Assembly (NCBI RefSeq): GCF_009914755.1
Contig: NC_060938.1
Strand: one strand, 5' to 3'
From: the human T2T-CHM13v2.0 reference genome, Homo sapiens
Length of the DNA: 64,000 bases
Shown: positions 28,868 to 48,976 of the stretch, piece after piece
Numbering within the stretch: position 1 is the stretch's first letter
Layout: the number at the start of each line of letters is the position of its first letter
Made by a program: the position numbers and the translations under genes
The notes under the pieces: generated by a model
The model's database searches: none
What the model was told of the DNA's origin: nothing
The model's input: the letters and a program-made list of their open reading frames with translations, nothing else

Positions 28868-31270
28868 ATTCTTTGAGGAACCACTAAACTGTTTTCCACA
28901 GCAAGTGCATCATTTTCTATTCCTAGCAGCCAGTTCATGAGGGCTCCAGTTTCTCCACCTCCTTAGCAACATTGATTTTCTGTGTCGTTGTTATGAAAGC
29001 CTTACTAGTGGATGCAAAGTGGCATCTCATTTGGGTTTTGTCTTGCATTTTATTAATGAATAACGGTGTTTAGCATCTTTTCTTGTCCTTCTTAGACATT
29101 TGTGTATCTTCTTTGGAGAAATGTCTGTTCAAGTCCTTTGCCTATTTTTTAATTGGGATCTTAGAAATTCTGTTGTTGAGTTATGGGATATTAAGCTTTT
29201 ATCGGATACACACTTTGATTTTATCAGATACATATTTTCTCACATATTATGGGTTGTCTTTTCACTCCCTTGATAGTATCCTTTGATGCATAAAGGGTTT
29301 TTATTTTGATTAAATCTAATTTTCGTGTATTTTCTTTTGTTATCTGTGCTTTTCTGTCATATTTCAAAATACACTTAAAACTCAAAGGTCATAAAGGTTT
29401 ACCGTGTGTTTTCTTCTAAGAGTTACATATTTTTAGTCCTTACATTTAAGTCTTTTATTAATTTAGAATTAATTTTTGTATATACTGCAAGGTAGGGGTC
29501 TAACTTCTCTCTTGTGCACTGACATCCAGCTGTTGAAGAGACTGTTCTTTCCTCCCTTGACTAGACTTGGCCACCTTGTTGAACAGTCATTGACCATATA
29601 TGTGAGGACTAACTTGTAGGATCTCAAATCTATTCTATTGTATTTGTCTGAAAGTCTATTGGTCTTATTCCAGTACCATACTCTCTTGATTACTGTAGAT
29701 TTGTAGTAGGCTGTGAAACTGAAAAATGTGAGTTTTCCAATGTTCTTTTTCAAGACTGTTTTGTCTGTCAGATCCTTTGAATTTTTGGATGATTTTAGAA
29801 TGAGTTTCTTTGTTTCTGCAAAAATGCCTTTGGGATTTTGATGGTATAGCATTGAATCTGTAGATTACTTTAGATGGTATTGTCATCTTAACAATATTGT
29901 CTTACAACACGTGAACACAGAATGTCTTTCCACTTATTTCCACTCTCTTTAGTTTTTTTCAGCAAAGTTTTGTGTATACCACCACGGTTAGATTTATGCC
30001 TGAATAACGTATTCTTTGATGTCATTATAAATGGAATTTTTAAAATGTTTTCATAGTTCTTTACAACTATATAGAAATATAGCTCATTTGCCTATGTTTG
30101 TTTGCATCCTGCCTCTTTTATTAGTTATAATCGGTTTTGTGTTTTGTTTGGAGCTTTATACCCATAAGATCATGTGTAGATATAATTTTACACCTATTTT
30201 TTATTTCTAATTTAGATGCCTTTTATTTCTTTGTCTTGCCTAATTGCTCTGGCTAGAACTGCCAGTGCTACGTTGAATACAAGTGGCAAACGCACCATCC
30301 TTTTCTTCTAGATGTTAGGAAAACAGCTTTCAGTGTTTCATCATTGATCATGATATTAACTGTTGGGTTTTTGTACATCCCATTGTCATGTTGCAGAAGA
30401 TCCCTTCTATGCTTAGTTTATTGATTATTTTTATTATAGAAGGGTGTTGTATTTCATCAATGTTTTCTCTGCATCAATTGAAATCATCAAGAGCTTATTC
30501 ATTTTACTTTTACAGCATATTACACTGATTGATTTTTTATATGTTGAACCACCCTTGCATTTTGGGGATAAATCTCAAAGGGTGATAGTTTACAATCCTT
30601 TGATTATACGGTATTGCTGCTAGTATTTTGCTAGTATTGCTAGTATTTTGCTGATATTTTTGCTTATATATTCATAAGGGATATAGTGCTGTATTTCTCT
30701 CTTTTGTGCTCTCTTTGTCTTTGGTATGAGGATAATGCTGTTATCAAAAAATGAATTAGCAAGTATTCCTTCTTCATATATTTTGTCAAAAGAGTTTGAG
30801 AAGAAATGGTATTAATTCTTCTTTAAATGTTAGGTTGACTCACCAGTTAATGCAGCTATTTTGTCATAAATGTTTCTTTGTTAATCGCTTTTGATTACTA
30901 ATTCAATCTCCTAGGTTATAGGTCTGTTCAGATTTTCTCTTTCTTCTTGAGCCACTTTGGTAGTTTGTGTCTTTCTAGTGATTCATCCATTTCATCCAGG
31001 GCACCTAATTTGTTGCTAGACAGTTGTTCACAGTATACTCCTGTAATCCTTTTGTATTTCTGTAAAGTTGGTAGTAATGGCTCTGCTTTCATTTATTATT
31101 TTAATAATTAGTCTTCCATCTTTTGCTCAGTCAATATAGTGAAAGCCTTGATCTTTCAAAGAATCTACGTTTTTTCATTCTACTGCTCTCCAACCTTCTA
31201 TTTTATTGATTTATGCTCTAATTATGCTCTTTATTATTTGTTTCCTTCTGCTAGCTTTGGATTTAGTCTT
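28868..31270 (-). mobile_element. Old L1M fragment (ORF2/3' region)
   Basis: Minus ORF peptides (IYRFNAIP; YYKSTVIKRVWYW); T-rich plus strand. Confidence 0.85.
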
Positions 31271-31513
31271 CCACCTGAATTTAGTTTGGGAGTGATATTG
31301 ATGTAACTTCATGGAAATAATACTAGATAGAAAGTTAGCAGATGGATTCTCTATCTGATGAGAGTTTTGGGCAAATCGAATACCAAGTTACCAAGTTTTT
31401 TTTCTCTGATGCAAAAAACAATTTGGCAGCCGGTGAGAAACTCTCACAGCTCTGGATGTGAGTTTAGGACACTGCATTTCTACCATTCAATTTCTTACTA
31501 CTTTTTTGCACAG

Positions 31514-31650
31514 GGATCATGGCACAAGTTGCAGTTTCCACTCTGCCCATGGAAGATGAGGAGTCCATTGAAGATGAGGAGTCTGTTGAAGATGATTCCG
31601 TGGAGAGCAGGATGGTGGTGACATTGCTCATATCAGCTATCGAGTCCACG
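31514..31650 (+). pseudogene. GTF2IP: GTF2I/GTF2IRD2 first coding exon, copy 1 (unprocessed fragment)
   Basis: ttttgcacag|GGATCATG...TCCACG|gtgaga; 31519-31650 encodes [44 protein letters not shown] vs GTF2I [33 protein letters not shown]. Confidence 0.9.
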
Positions 31651-32418
31651 GTGAGACCTTCGGTTTTAACATGATATAATTGGGTAGAACTGCGTGGTAG
31701 ATAAGGTTGATTTGTTTTTGTAGAACTTATAATTTTATGATTTGTAGTTCTAATGAGTAGATCTTTTTCTGGAATGGTAGTTATGGTCAAACACTTCTAA
31801 ACAAATGTGCCATGTTGTCCAGCCTGGTCTCAAAATATGGGGCTCAAGAGACCTGCTCACCTTGGCCTCCCAAAATACTGGGATTACAGGTGTAAGCCCC
31901 TGAATCTGGCCAGATATTTTTCTTTTTATGGCTGAATAATACTCTGTGTATGTATATATTACATTTTCTTTATCTATTCACCTACTGATGGGCATTAGGT
32001 TTGGGCGACCTTTTGGCCACTGTGAATAATGCTGCTGTTAATCGGGTGTACAAATACCTGTTTGTGTCCCTGCTCTCAGTTCCTTTGGGTATATACGCTT
32101 AAAGGGTGTTGATGGATCATATAATTCTGTGCTTCATATTTTTAAGGAGCTGCTAAACCATTTTCCACAGTGGGCTGTACCATTTTACATTCCAAAAAGC
32201 AATGCATACAGCTTCCAATTTCTCTATAGCATTGCTGACAGTTAATATTTTCTGTTTATGTATTGTATTTTTATAGTGTTTGAAATTAATCTGACGCTTT
32301 TTACTGATACCAAAATATTAGGAAAGGTTTTCCAAAAATAATACTGCTTATTATAAAGGATTTTACGTGTTACTTGATGCTCTGTGACCTGTTTTCTAAG
32401 TAAGAAAAGGAACTTCTT

Positions 32419-32725
32419 GGCTGGGCACAGCAGCTCATGCCTGTAATCCTAGCACTTTGGGAGGCTGAGGCAGGTCGATCACAAGGTCAGGAGTTCAAGA
32501 CCAGCCTGGCCAACATAGTGAAACCCAGTCTCCACTCAAAAAAAAAAAAAATTAGCTGGGTGTGGTGGGGGGGGGGGGTTGCCTCTAATCCCAGGTATTC
32601 GGAAGGCTGAGGCAGAGAATTGATTAAACCCATAAGGCAGAGGTTACAGTGACAGAGATTGCACCACTGCACCCCAGCCTGTGTGACAGAGCGAGAGTCC
32701 ATCTCAAAAAAAAAAAAAAAAAAGG
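32419..32725 (+). mobile_element. AluS
   Basis: Full Alu with A tail. Confidence 0.93.
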
Positions 32726-32893
32726 AAAGAAAGAAGAGGAACTTCTCTCCATCCAGCCTCATTCCACTGCACCAACTCTTCTGTGTCGGGTTGTGCAGGG
32801 GAGAAAGGGAGCTTGGCACCTCTTTGCTGTGTTGAATTGTGGTAGCCCATCACTGGGTTGTAAAGTTCCTTGCCTCCTTTCCTCCCTCCCGCC

Positions 32894-33254
<361 letters not shown>

Positions 33255-33473
33255 TGATCTAACTTATGGAAATAATACTAAATAGTTAGCGGATGGATTC
33301 TGCATCTGATGAGAGTTTTGGGCAAAACGAATTCCTAGTTTCTGAGTCTTATTTTTCCCCTGATTCAAGAAAACTGTGAATTATCCAGCTGGTAAAAAAC
33401 TCTCACAGCTCTGGATGTGAGTTTAGGACACTGGATTTCTACCACTCATTTTCTTACTACTTTTCTTGTGCAA

Positions 33474-33592
33474 GGACCATGGCAGAAGTTGCGGTTTCCA
33501 CCCTGCCCATTGAAGATGAGGAGTCTGTTGAAGATGAGGAGTCCTTGGAGAGCAGGATGGTGGTGACATTCCTGTCAGCTCTCGACTCCATG
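33474..33592 (+). pseudogene. GTF2IP: GTF2I/GTF2IRD2 first coding exon, copy 2
   Basis: 33479-33592 encodes [38 protein letters not shown]; acceptor cag mutated to caa; donor gtcaga; flanking intron sequence duplicated with copy 1. Confidence 0.9.
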
Positions 33593-33714
33593 GTCAGACC
33601 TTCTGTTCTAACATTCTGTAGTTCGGTAGGACTGGGTGGTAGATAAGGTTGATTTGTTTTTGTAGAACTTACAATTTTGTGATTTTTAGTTCTAAAGAAT
33701 AGACCTTTTTCATG

Positions 33715-35222
<1,508 letters not shown>

Positions 35223-35234
35223 GTATTTCTTTTC

Positions 35235-35672
35235 TTTTTCTTTTGAACACAGAGTCTCTGTTTCACCCAATCTGGAGTGCAATGATGGAGTTGTAGCTAA
35301 CTGCAGCCTCAACTACCTGGGCTCAAGCAATTCTCCCACATCAGCCTTCCAAGCATCTGGGACTACAGGTGCACACCATCCATGCCCAGCTAAGTTTTGT
35401 ATTTTTTTGTTGTAGAGATGGGATCTTGTTATATTGCCGAGGCTGGTCTTGAACTCTGGGGCTAAAGCGATCCTTTCACCACAACCTCTCAAGTAGCTGA
35501 AACTACAGATGCATACTACCATGCCCAGCTAATTTTTTCTTATTTCTTTTTGTTGTTTAATTGAGGGTGTCTCACTGTGTTTCCCAGGCTGGTCCCGAAG
35601 TTTTGGCCTCAAGCGTTTCTCCTGCTTTGACCTCCTAAACTGTTGGGATTATGGTTGTGAGCCACGGCCTCT
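35235..35672 (-). mobile_element. AluJ-type elements (composite)
   Basis: Diverged reverse-complement Alu monomers. Confidence 0.8.
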
Positions 35673-35679
35673 GTGTCCA

Positions 35680-36040
35680 GCAATCACAAGAGGTCTTTAT
35701 AAGTGAAAGAGGGAGATAAGACAGTCAGAATTGAAGGAGATTTGATGATGGAAGCACAGGTCACAGAGGGAGATTCGAATATGCTTTGCTTCTGGCTTTG
35801 AAGATGCAGTTAGGGGCCATGAGCCAAAGAATAGGGGTGGCTTTAGCAACTGGGAAAGGCAAGGGAACACATTCTCTCCAGAACCTCCAGAAGGGATGCA
35901 GTCCTGCTGACACCTTGACTTTAGCCTTAATAGACCTATTTTGGACTTCTGGCCCCCAGACCTGTTAGGTAGTAGATTTGTGGTGTATTAAGCCACTCAA
36001 TGTAGGGTACTTTGTAACAGCAGCAAGAAGAAATGAACAT
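35680..36040 (+). mobile_element. MLT1 MaLR LTR 3' part
   Basis: ctggctttgaagatg...ggggccatgagccaaagaat...gacaccttgactttagcc...ttggacttctggcccccaga...tttgtaacagcagcaa. Confidence 0.8.
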
Positions 36041-36042
36041 GA

Positions 36043-41521
<5,479 letters not shown>

Positions 41522-42843
41522 TAATTTTATGTATATTCCAAGTCAGAATACATCCTATTTTTGAATATTTGATGACTTTAAGATACTATATTAACTCTTA
41601 ATTGAATTAATACAAGTTTAGGTGTAAAGATGATGTTTATGTTGACAAAAATTATTAATGTTTTACATATATGAAAGTAACAATATCATATATTTTTCAT
41701 ACTTGTAGAATACTTTGAAATCTATTATTAGCTAATATTTTATATTCATTTTGGGTTTTCACATTATTGTTAGATCCAGAGAAAAGTAACATTTTGTGAA
41801 TACTCAAATCATAAACATTTTGCTGGATTCATTCATAGATACTTTATTTAAAAAGTGCACTAATTGAAGTTTTACACCATTTTATGATTCATCAAACACA
41901 GCAACTGAATACTGTCATATAGCAACATTACAGATGTTAGTCTAACATAAAACTCATAATACATTTTAAAAAGGATAAAAGGAAGGAAAGGAAAAAGGAT
42001 ACAAGGCTGTAGAAAGATTTTAAAAACAAACGTCATATGTCTGAAACTTTGCCTGGAGTTTCATATTTTGTGAAAAGCAGTTTGTAAGTAGAGTATTCGT
42101 AAGTGCACCTGGTACATTGCAGTGGCACAGACACAGCAGATAGTCAATAAAATGATCTTTAACTTCTGATCTAGGTTATTTTTGTTGTTGTTCATGTATT
42201 AACCTGTGAAACTCAGCCAATAGATGGAGTGGCATTGACCTGTACAACTTCCAAGATCCCATCCAAACTTAGTGTGCTCTGAAGTTCTCCATAATTTATT
42301 GTCTGTTCCAACCAACATTCAGCATAAGCTACAGCTTATATTGTTAATAATCCTTCTATGTTTATGTGCTGATTTGCAAATAAATGGGCCTATATAGTCT
42401 TTATCTAGTGTTGGATTGGGGTCAAAAGTTTTATGAAATCATTGTTTTTAGTATACGTACAGATGGATAATTGTATAAATAAGTACAGATGTGTATAAAT
42501 GTGTGAGTATACATACATACATTTTCTAGCTCCTCTAACAAAAGAGCCTAGAAACAACATCATCCCAGTAACAATGAGAACACCATTCTCCAATTAAAGG
42601 AACCAAGGCTCCTTGGGGACATATTTGATATCAGGATTGGGCAGGGAAAATACAAGATTAGTTTGAAATATTTTGTCATGTTAGAAAGTAAGGAAATGCT
42701 CACAAAATGGGGAAAATGTGAAAAGGAAACAGAATCCACTTTGAATAAACTTCCATGGACAAATTTGAGAAAATTGGGGCAATAAAATAAATAACAATAA
42801 TAATATATTACAATCTACAGAAGAAAATTTTCAATTAATCCAT

Positions 42844-43135
42844 GCCGGGTGCGGTGGCACATGCCTGTATTCCCAGCACTTTGGGAGGCCGAGGCGGGCA
42901 GAACACTTGAGGTCAGGAGTTCAAGACCAGCCTGACCAATGTGGTGAATCCCTGCCTCTACTAAAAATACAAAAATTAGCCGGGCATGGTGGCACATGCC
43001 TATAGTCCCAGCTACTCGGGAGGCTGAGGCAGGAGAATGGCTTGAATCCTGGAAGGTGGAAGTGCAGTGAGCGGAAATTGCACCATTGCACACCAGCCTG
43101 GATGACCAAGCAAGACTCCATCTCAAAAAAAAGTA
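42844..43135 (+). mobile_element. AluS within old L1-like sequence
   Basis: gccgggtgcggtggcac...A tail. Confidence 0.93.
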
Positions 43136-44407
43136 ATAATCCATATTGACGTAAATAATAAACCAAAGGTTGAGAATGGGCAGTATTTTATTACAGTAAG
43201 ATTTCATTAAATGTAGGAGACATAAAATATAAGAATCATCACTTTGCAAATATCATAGTAATAATTGTTGCAAGAAAGAACCTTGGAGGGATGCTAAGAC
43301 TAGTGGTGAATATATGTTGGGAAAGAACATTTTTGCATAATATGAAAGTATCTTCCCACAAGATAATTATAGAATAGTAACTTCAAAGTGGAGATGTCAA
43401 CTTAGCCAAGTGATCAAAGTTAACATTACTAATAATAAAATAAATGAACTTCATGTAACTTCTTATATGATGCACTGAGTAGGACAAAACATCAATTCTA
43501 TGGTATTCTTAGACAAAATGTATAACTTTAGTCCTAATCGTGAGAAAACATCAGACTAACTGAAATTCAGGAGGGACATTTTACAAAATAACTGCCAGTA
43601 TTCTTCAAAAGCATTTTAGAAAGACTGAGGAATTCGCCAGAGACATGGAGACATGTCAACTAAGTGCAATGGAGAACATGCATTGTATCATGAACCAGAG
43701 ATGGACAACAGTAGGATATATACAATAACACCCCAACATTTGAACATTAAACAAAATGCTTCAGAAAAACCCATTGGTCAAGAAATGTTTCACACACACA
43801 AAAAATAGTTTAAACTGAAAGAAAATTTTTTAAAAACTTAATAAAATGTGGGATGCAGATAAATCATTTCTTAAAGTTACATTTATAGATGTAATATATT
43901 GAAAATAAAAGGCTTCAATCAATGACATTTAGGTTCTTTTTTAAGAGGCTAAAAAATTGAGCAAAGTATATCCAAATTAAGAAGAAGGAAGATGATAAAG
44001 ATAAAAATGTAAACCAACAACATAGCAAATAACAAAAGGTGGAGCTAATTAATATACCCACAAATTGCTTCTTTGAAAAAAAATTTTTTTAATAAACAAT
44101 GGCTAGCAAGATTTATCTTGAAAAAATTAGAGAAGCTACATAATGTAGATAATGGGAATTAAATAGAGGATGTAACTACAGAACCTACAGACATCAATAT
44201 AATTATGAAAACTTTAGGCCAATACATTTGACAATTAAAATAACTGGGAAATTATTTGTAAAACTAATTCTAAAAACTGATGCAAAATGAAATAGAAAAA
44301 GTAATAGCTTCTCTATGTATTGAAGAATTTTTTTAATTTAAAAAGATTTCTATAATTACAGGCTACATGGTTTCTTAGGTGAATTCTATCAAACATTTAA
44401 GAAAGTA

Positions 44408-44752
44408 CAGAGAGTCCTCAACTTACGGTGGTTTGACTTGTGCTCTTCTGACTTGATAATGGTGCTTTCATCTGTGTACATTAATGATGAGCATCAATAT
44501 GACCAGTTTTTCACTATCAGTATAGTTTTCAATAAATTTCATGAGATACTCAATATTTTAAAATGGGCCTTGTGGTAGATGATTTTGCCCAATTGTAGGA
44601 TAATGTAAATGTTCTGAGCAAGTTTAAGGTAGGCTAGGCTAAGTCATGATATTCAGTAGGTTAAATATATTAAATGCATTTTAGACTTACAATATTTTCA
44701 ATTTAGGATGAGTTCATTAAGACATAAGACCATTGTAAGTTGAGGAGTATCT
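44408..44752 (-). mobile_element. Tigger-family non-autonomous DNA transposon (MER47-like)
   Basis: Terminal inverted repeats cagagagtcctcaacttac...gtaagttgaggagtatct with TA flanks; internal ttaaggtaggctaggctaag. Confidence 0.8.
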
Positions 44753-44798
44753 ATAATATCAATCTCGAACGGACTCTTTTTAAGAAATAGAATTTAAG

Positions 44799-45105
<307 letters not shown>

Positions 45106-46954
45106 AATCTAAAGGGACACTTCCTATCTTTCCTATCTTATTTTATGAACCCAGTATTGCCCTGATTCCAAATCGAGACAAAGGCATTATACAACTTTGA
45201 TGTTTATTCCTCATAAACATAGACTCAAAAGTCCTTAAAACATAATAACCAATTGAATGTAGCAGTACATAGAATGGATAATAAACTGAACAAATTAAAT
45301 TTCTAGCAAGATTGCAAGGTTAATTTATTATTTGAAAGATCAGTTTAATCAATTTTATTCACCTGGTTGGTTACATCTGGCAAAACTCAGCAAACTGTGC
45401 ACTTTAAAATAGGAATATTTATTTTATGTAAATTATGTTTGAATACAATTGATTTTTTAAAAAATCGTTTCCCAGAGTGATCAAAGTGGAGGGCAGGGAA
45501 CAGTAAACATCAGTGCTTATGTTATAGCTACTAGAAGCCTCCCAATTCCAAAGACATGTTTTCAAGCAGGTCTGATCCTTCCCCTGGAGGATACCTCTGA
45601 CCCAGGTGTGCTACAAATGCATTGCCCCTAGTTGCTTCTGTCACCTTAGTGATGGAAGTGACAAGAGGGTACTGGAGAAAGAAAAGGTGTACAGGGTTCC
45701 AAATGTACTTTCTCTTTCCCAAGGACATTTGTGAAGCCAGTGGAAAGCGAACAAACAAGCTGCTAAATAAGTCACAAGTGTGTTCTCGTACAGTTTTGAG
45801 ATTAACTAAATAGGACATTCAACAGATAAAGTTTGTTTTACATAGTTACTCCTCTAATAGGATGAACTTGTGGATTGTGAGATAGGGCTGATATAACCTG
45901 TTTTCTCTCTGCCTCTTATTTTTCCCCCAAATTTTGTGTGCAATACATTAGGAAAAATATAATTGGGCTATAAAGCTACAAAAATGGCTTCCTGGCAGTT
46001 CCATGCTTGTTTCCATGTGGTGCCTATGTTTGGCACTGTGTTCTCATTTGCACTTTCCTACTTGATTAGTTAATGTATGAAGGACAAGCCTGATCTCTAC
46101 TGTGAATTTTTACCAAGGTATTCTAGTAGAAAAATGAGTATGTAATGGTGCTGTGGAATGCTAAAGTGTGCAAAACATTAAGAATCTAAAAATATGCTCA
46201 TTTCCAAGTTTTGTCCCAGAGCAACTGTGCACTCTATATCGCTACTGCTATTTAAAGTTATCCATTTGCATGTCTAAAAAATAGATTCATACTGATTGTC
46301 CCATTTGATCTCAAAAAACTCCTGAATGTGAGAGTCGTGATCAAGGGACGCTTCATGAAATGTTCCAAAGTTAAAGTGTGCAATGAAACCAGATTTATCA
46401 TAGCCTTATTTAAAATAATTATTTCTAAAATTGTTATTGTTTAATTATAAACTGTATCCTTTCAGGATACTTGGAAGATCCATAGCAGTGTTTTTATTTT
46501 CACAGAACAAGCATAAATTATTTATGAAATAATAACTGAGATACAGAGATTACTTCCTATTGGCCTTACATATGAATATAAATAAATACATATTATGAAC
46601 ATGCACATACTTATTTTATAATTATGTAAATGTGTGTGTAATGTTATATATAAGTTCAATAAAGTCATGCTTATACATGGTTTCAATTCATGCTTCTAAA
46701 AACCACTCAATGTAGTCATTATCATATGTTAATAAATAATCTCTGAAAATGTGCTTCTAGTAGTTGCACAATATCCCATCATAAAGATTGTCATGCTGTT
46801 TTTAAGTCATACTTTTGGGTATATAAGTTATATCTGATATTTTTCTGCTACATATATACTATTATAAATCTATTAGTAGTTGATTTTTTCTGAACACATA
46901 TGATTGTTTCCTCACAACAGTACAAGAGTTGGTTGTAACTTTATTTCCTTCCAA

Positions 46955-48976
46955 CATTTATTTTAGGTTCAGCGGGTACATGTGCAGGTTTATTATATGG
47001 GTAAAACGTGTGTCAATGGGATTTGGTGTACAGATTACATAGTCATCCAGGTAGTGAGCGTAGTATCTAATAGGGAGTTTTTTGATCCTCACTCTCCCCC
47101 CCACCCTCCACCCACAGTAGACCTTGTGTCTATTGTTCCCTTCTCTGTGTCCATGTGGACTCAATGTTTAGCCCCCACTTATAAGTGAGAACATGCAGTG
47201 TTTGTTTGGTTTTCTGTTCCTGCATTAATTCACTTAGAATAATGGTATCCAGCTCCATTCATGTTGCTGCAAAAGACATTATTTCATCCTATTTTATAGG
47301 TGTGTAGTATTCCATGGTGTATGTACACTGCATTTTTTTAATCCAGTCTTCTGTTAACAGGCATCTAAGTTGATTCCGTGTCTTTGCTATTGTGAATAGT
47401 GTTATAATGAAAATATGCGTGCATATGTCTATGACAGAATGATTTATATTCCTTTGGGTATATACTCAGTGATGGGATTGCTGGGTTGAATGGTAGTTCT
47501 GTTTTAAGTTATTTCAGAAATCTCCAAACTGCTTTCCACAATGGCTGAACAAATTTACATTCCTGATGAAACTGGAGACTTCCCTGACTCCCCTTGGCAG
47601 GATGTGCAACAGGGGTGTGGCTTGTCTGCCCACCATGTGTGCTGTCAAACCCCTTACTGGGCAGGGGAGCATGCAGACAGGCAGGTGCAATAGGCAGGGC
47701 AAGTGGCCCTGGTACTGTCTAGGGGTGGGTGCCTGCGACTCCCACAGCCCAAGTGGGCATGTGTTACAGTGCACTCTTTTAGCTTTGCCATCCACAGACG
47801 GCTTAAGTGTTAACCTGTTCAGTGCCCTCTTGGTACCCAGTTCCTTGTCCAGCATCCAGAAAGAATTAAGTTGCACACAGACTTGAGGATGGTGAGTGTG
47901 GGGGTTTTATTGAGTGGTGGAGGTGGCACTCAATGGGATGGATGGGGAGCTGGAAAGGGGATGGAATGGAAGATGATCTTCTCCAGGAGCTTTGCCATCC
48001 GGAGGCTGATCTCTCCAACCACTGCCAGCCAAACTCCTCTTGGCATTCAGATGCTCCTTCTCTTCTTTCTGCCACATCATTCTGCAATTCTGCTCTTCTG
48101 TTCATCTCCTCATCTGCTTGTCTGCTTCTGGAGCCTGGGGTCTGGGACATATATGGGTACAGGACAGGGGGTGCATGCTGAGCTGAAAGACAACTTTTGG
48201 GTGCAAAAGCAGGAATGCCTTTTCCCATTTAAGGCCATGGGTTTCCAGGCTTGTGGGCAGGGCTTTGCCAGGGAACCACTCTCTTCTACCCAGTATTTCC
48301 CTGTCTCCTTTCTATATCACCACCAGCAGTGTATAAGCATTCCCTTTTTTCCACAAACTCGGCACCGTCTGTTTTGTTTTGATTTTTTAATAATAGCCAT
48401 TCTGACCGGTGTGATATGGTATCTCATGGTTCTGATTTTCTGATGATTAGTGATGTTGAATATTTTTTCATATGGTTGTTTTCCACACACACGTTGTCTT
48501 TTGAAAAAAGAATCCACAGACGGCTTAAGTGTTAACCTGTTCAGTGCCCTCTTGGTACCCAAGTCCTTGTCCAGCATCCAGAAAGAAGTTGCACATGGAC
48601 TTGAGGATGGTGAATGTGGGGGTTCATGTTCTTTGCCTATTTGTAGTGGGTTTGCTTTTTGCTTATTGATTCTTTATACATGCTGAGTGTTAGATATTTT
48701 TCAGATATGTAATTTGAAAATATTTTCTTCTGTTCTGTAGGGTGTTCTCTGTTGATAGTTTCTTTTGCTGTGCTGAAGCTCTTTAGTTTCATTAGGTCCC
48801 ACTCCTCAATTCTTCTTGTTGCAATTGCTTTTGGAATCTTCATCATGAAATCTTTGCCAGCGTCTATGTCCAGAATGATATTTCCTAAGTTATCTTCTAG
48901 GGTTTATATAGTTTTGGGTCTTACATAAGTCCTTCATCCATCTTGAGTTGATTTTTGTATATGGTGAAAGGAAGGG
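46955..48976 (-). mobile_element. L1P 3' end and ORF2 tail, interrupted by an LTR and truncated by the SATR array
   Basis: ttttaggttcagcgggtacatgtgcaggtt...cccacttataagtgagaacatgc (L1 3' UTR, reverse complement); sequence resumes at ccaccagcagtgtataagcattccc after the LTR. Confidence 0.9.
47564..48319 (-). mobile_element. ERV1 solo LTR (LTR1/LTR27/LTR28 group)
   Basis: TG...CA termini; minus strand begins TGATATAGAAAGGAGACAGGGAAATACTGGGTAGAAGAG; splits a contiguous L1 sequence. Confidence 0.8.

Noticed and set aside
28135-28887. 250-aa ORF in the GC-rich block
   Set aside because: Overlapping ORFs on both strands reflect stop-codon scarcity in a GC-rich triplicated unit; no recognisable protein
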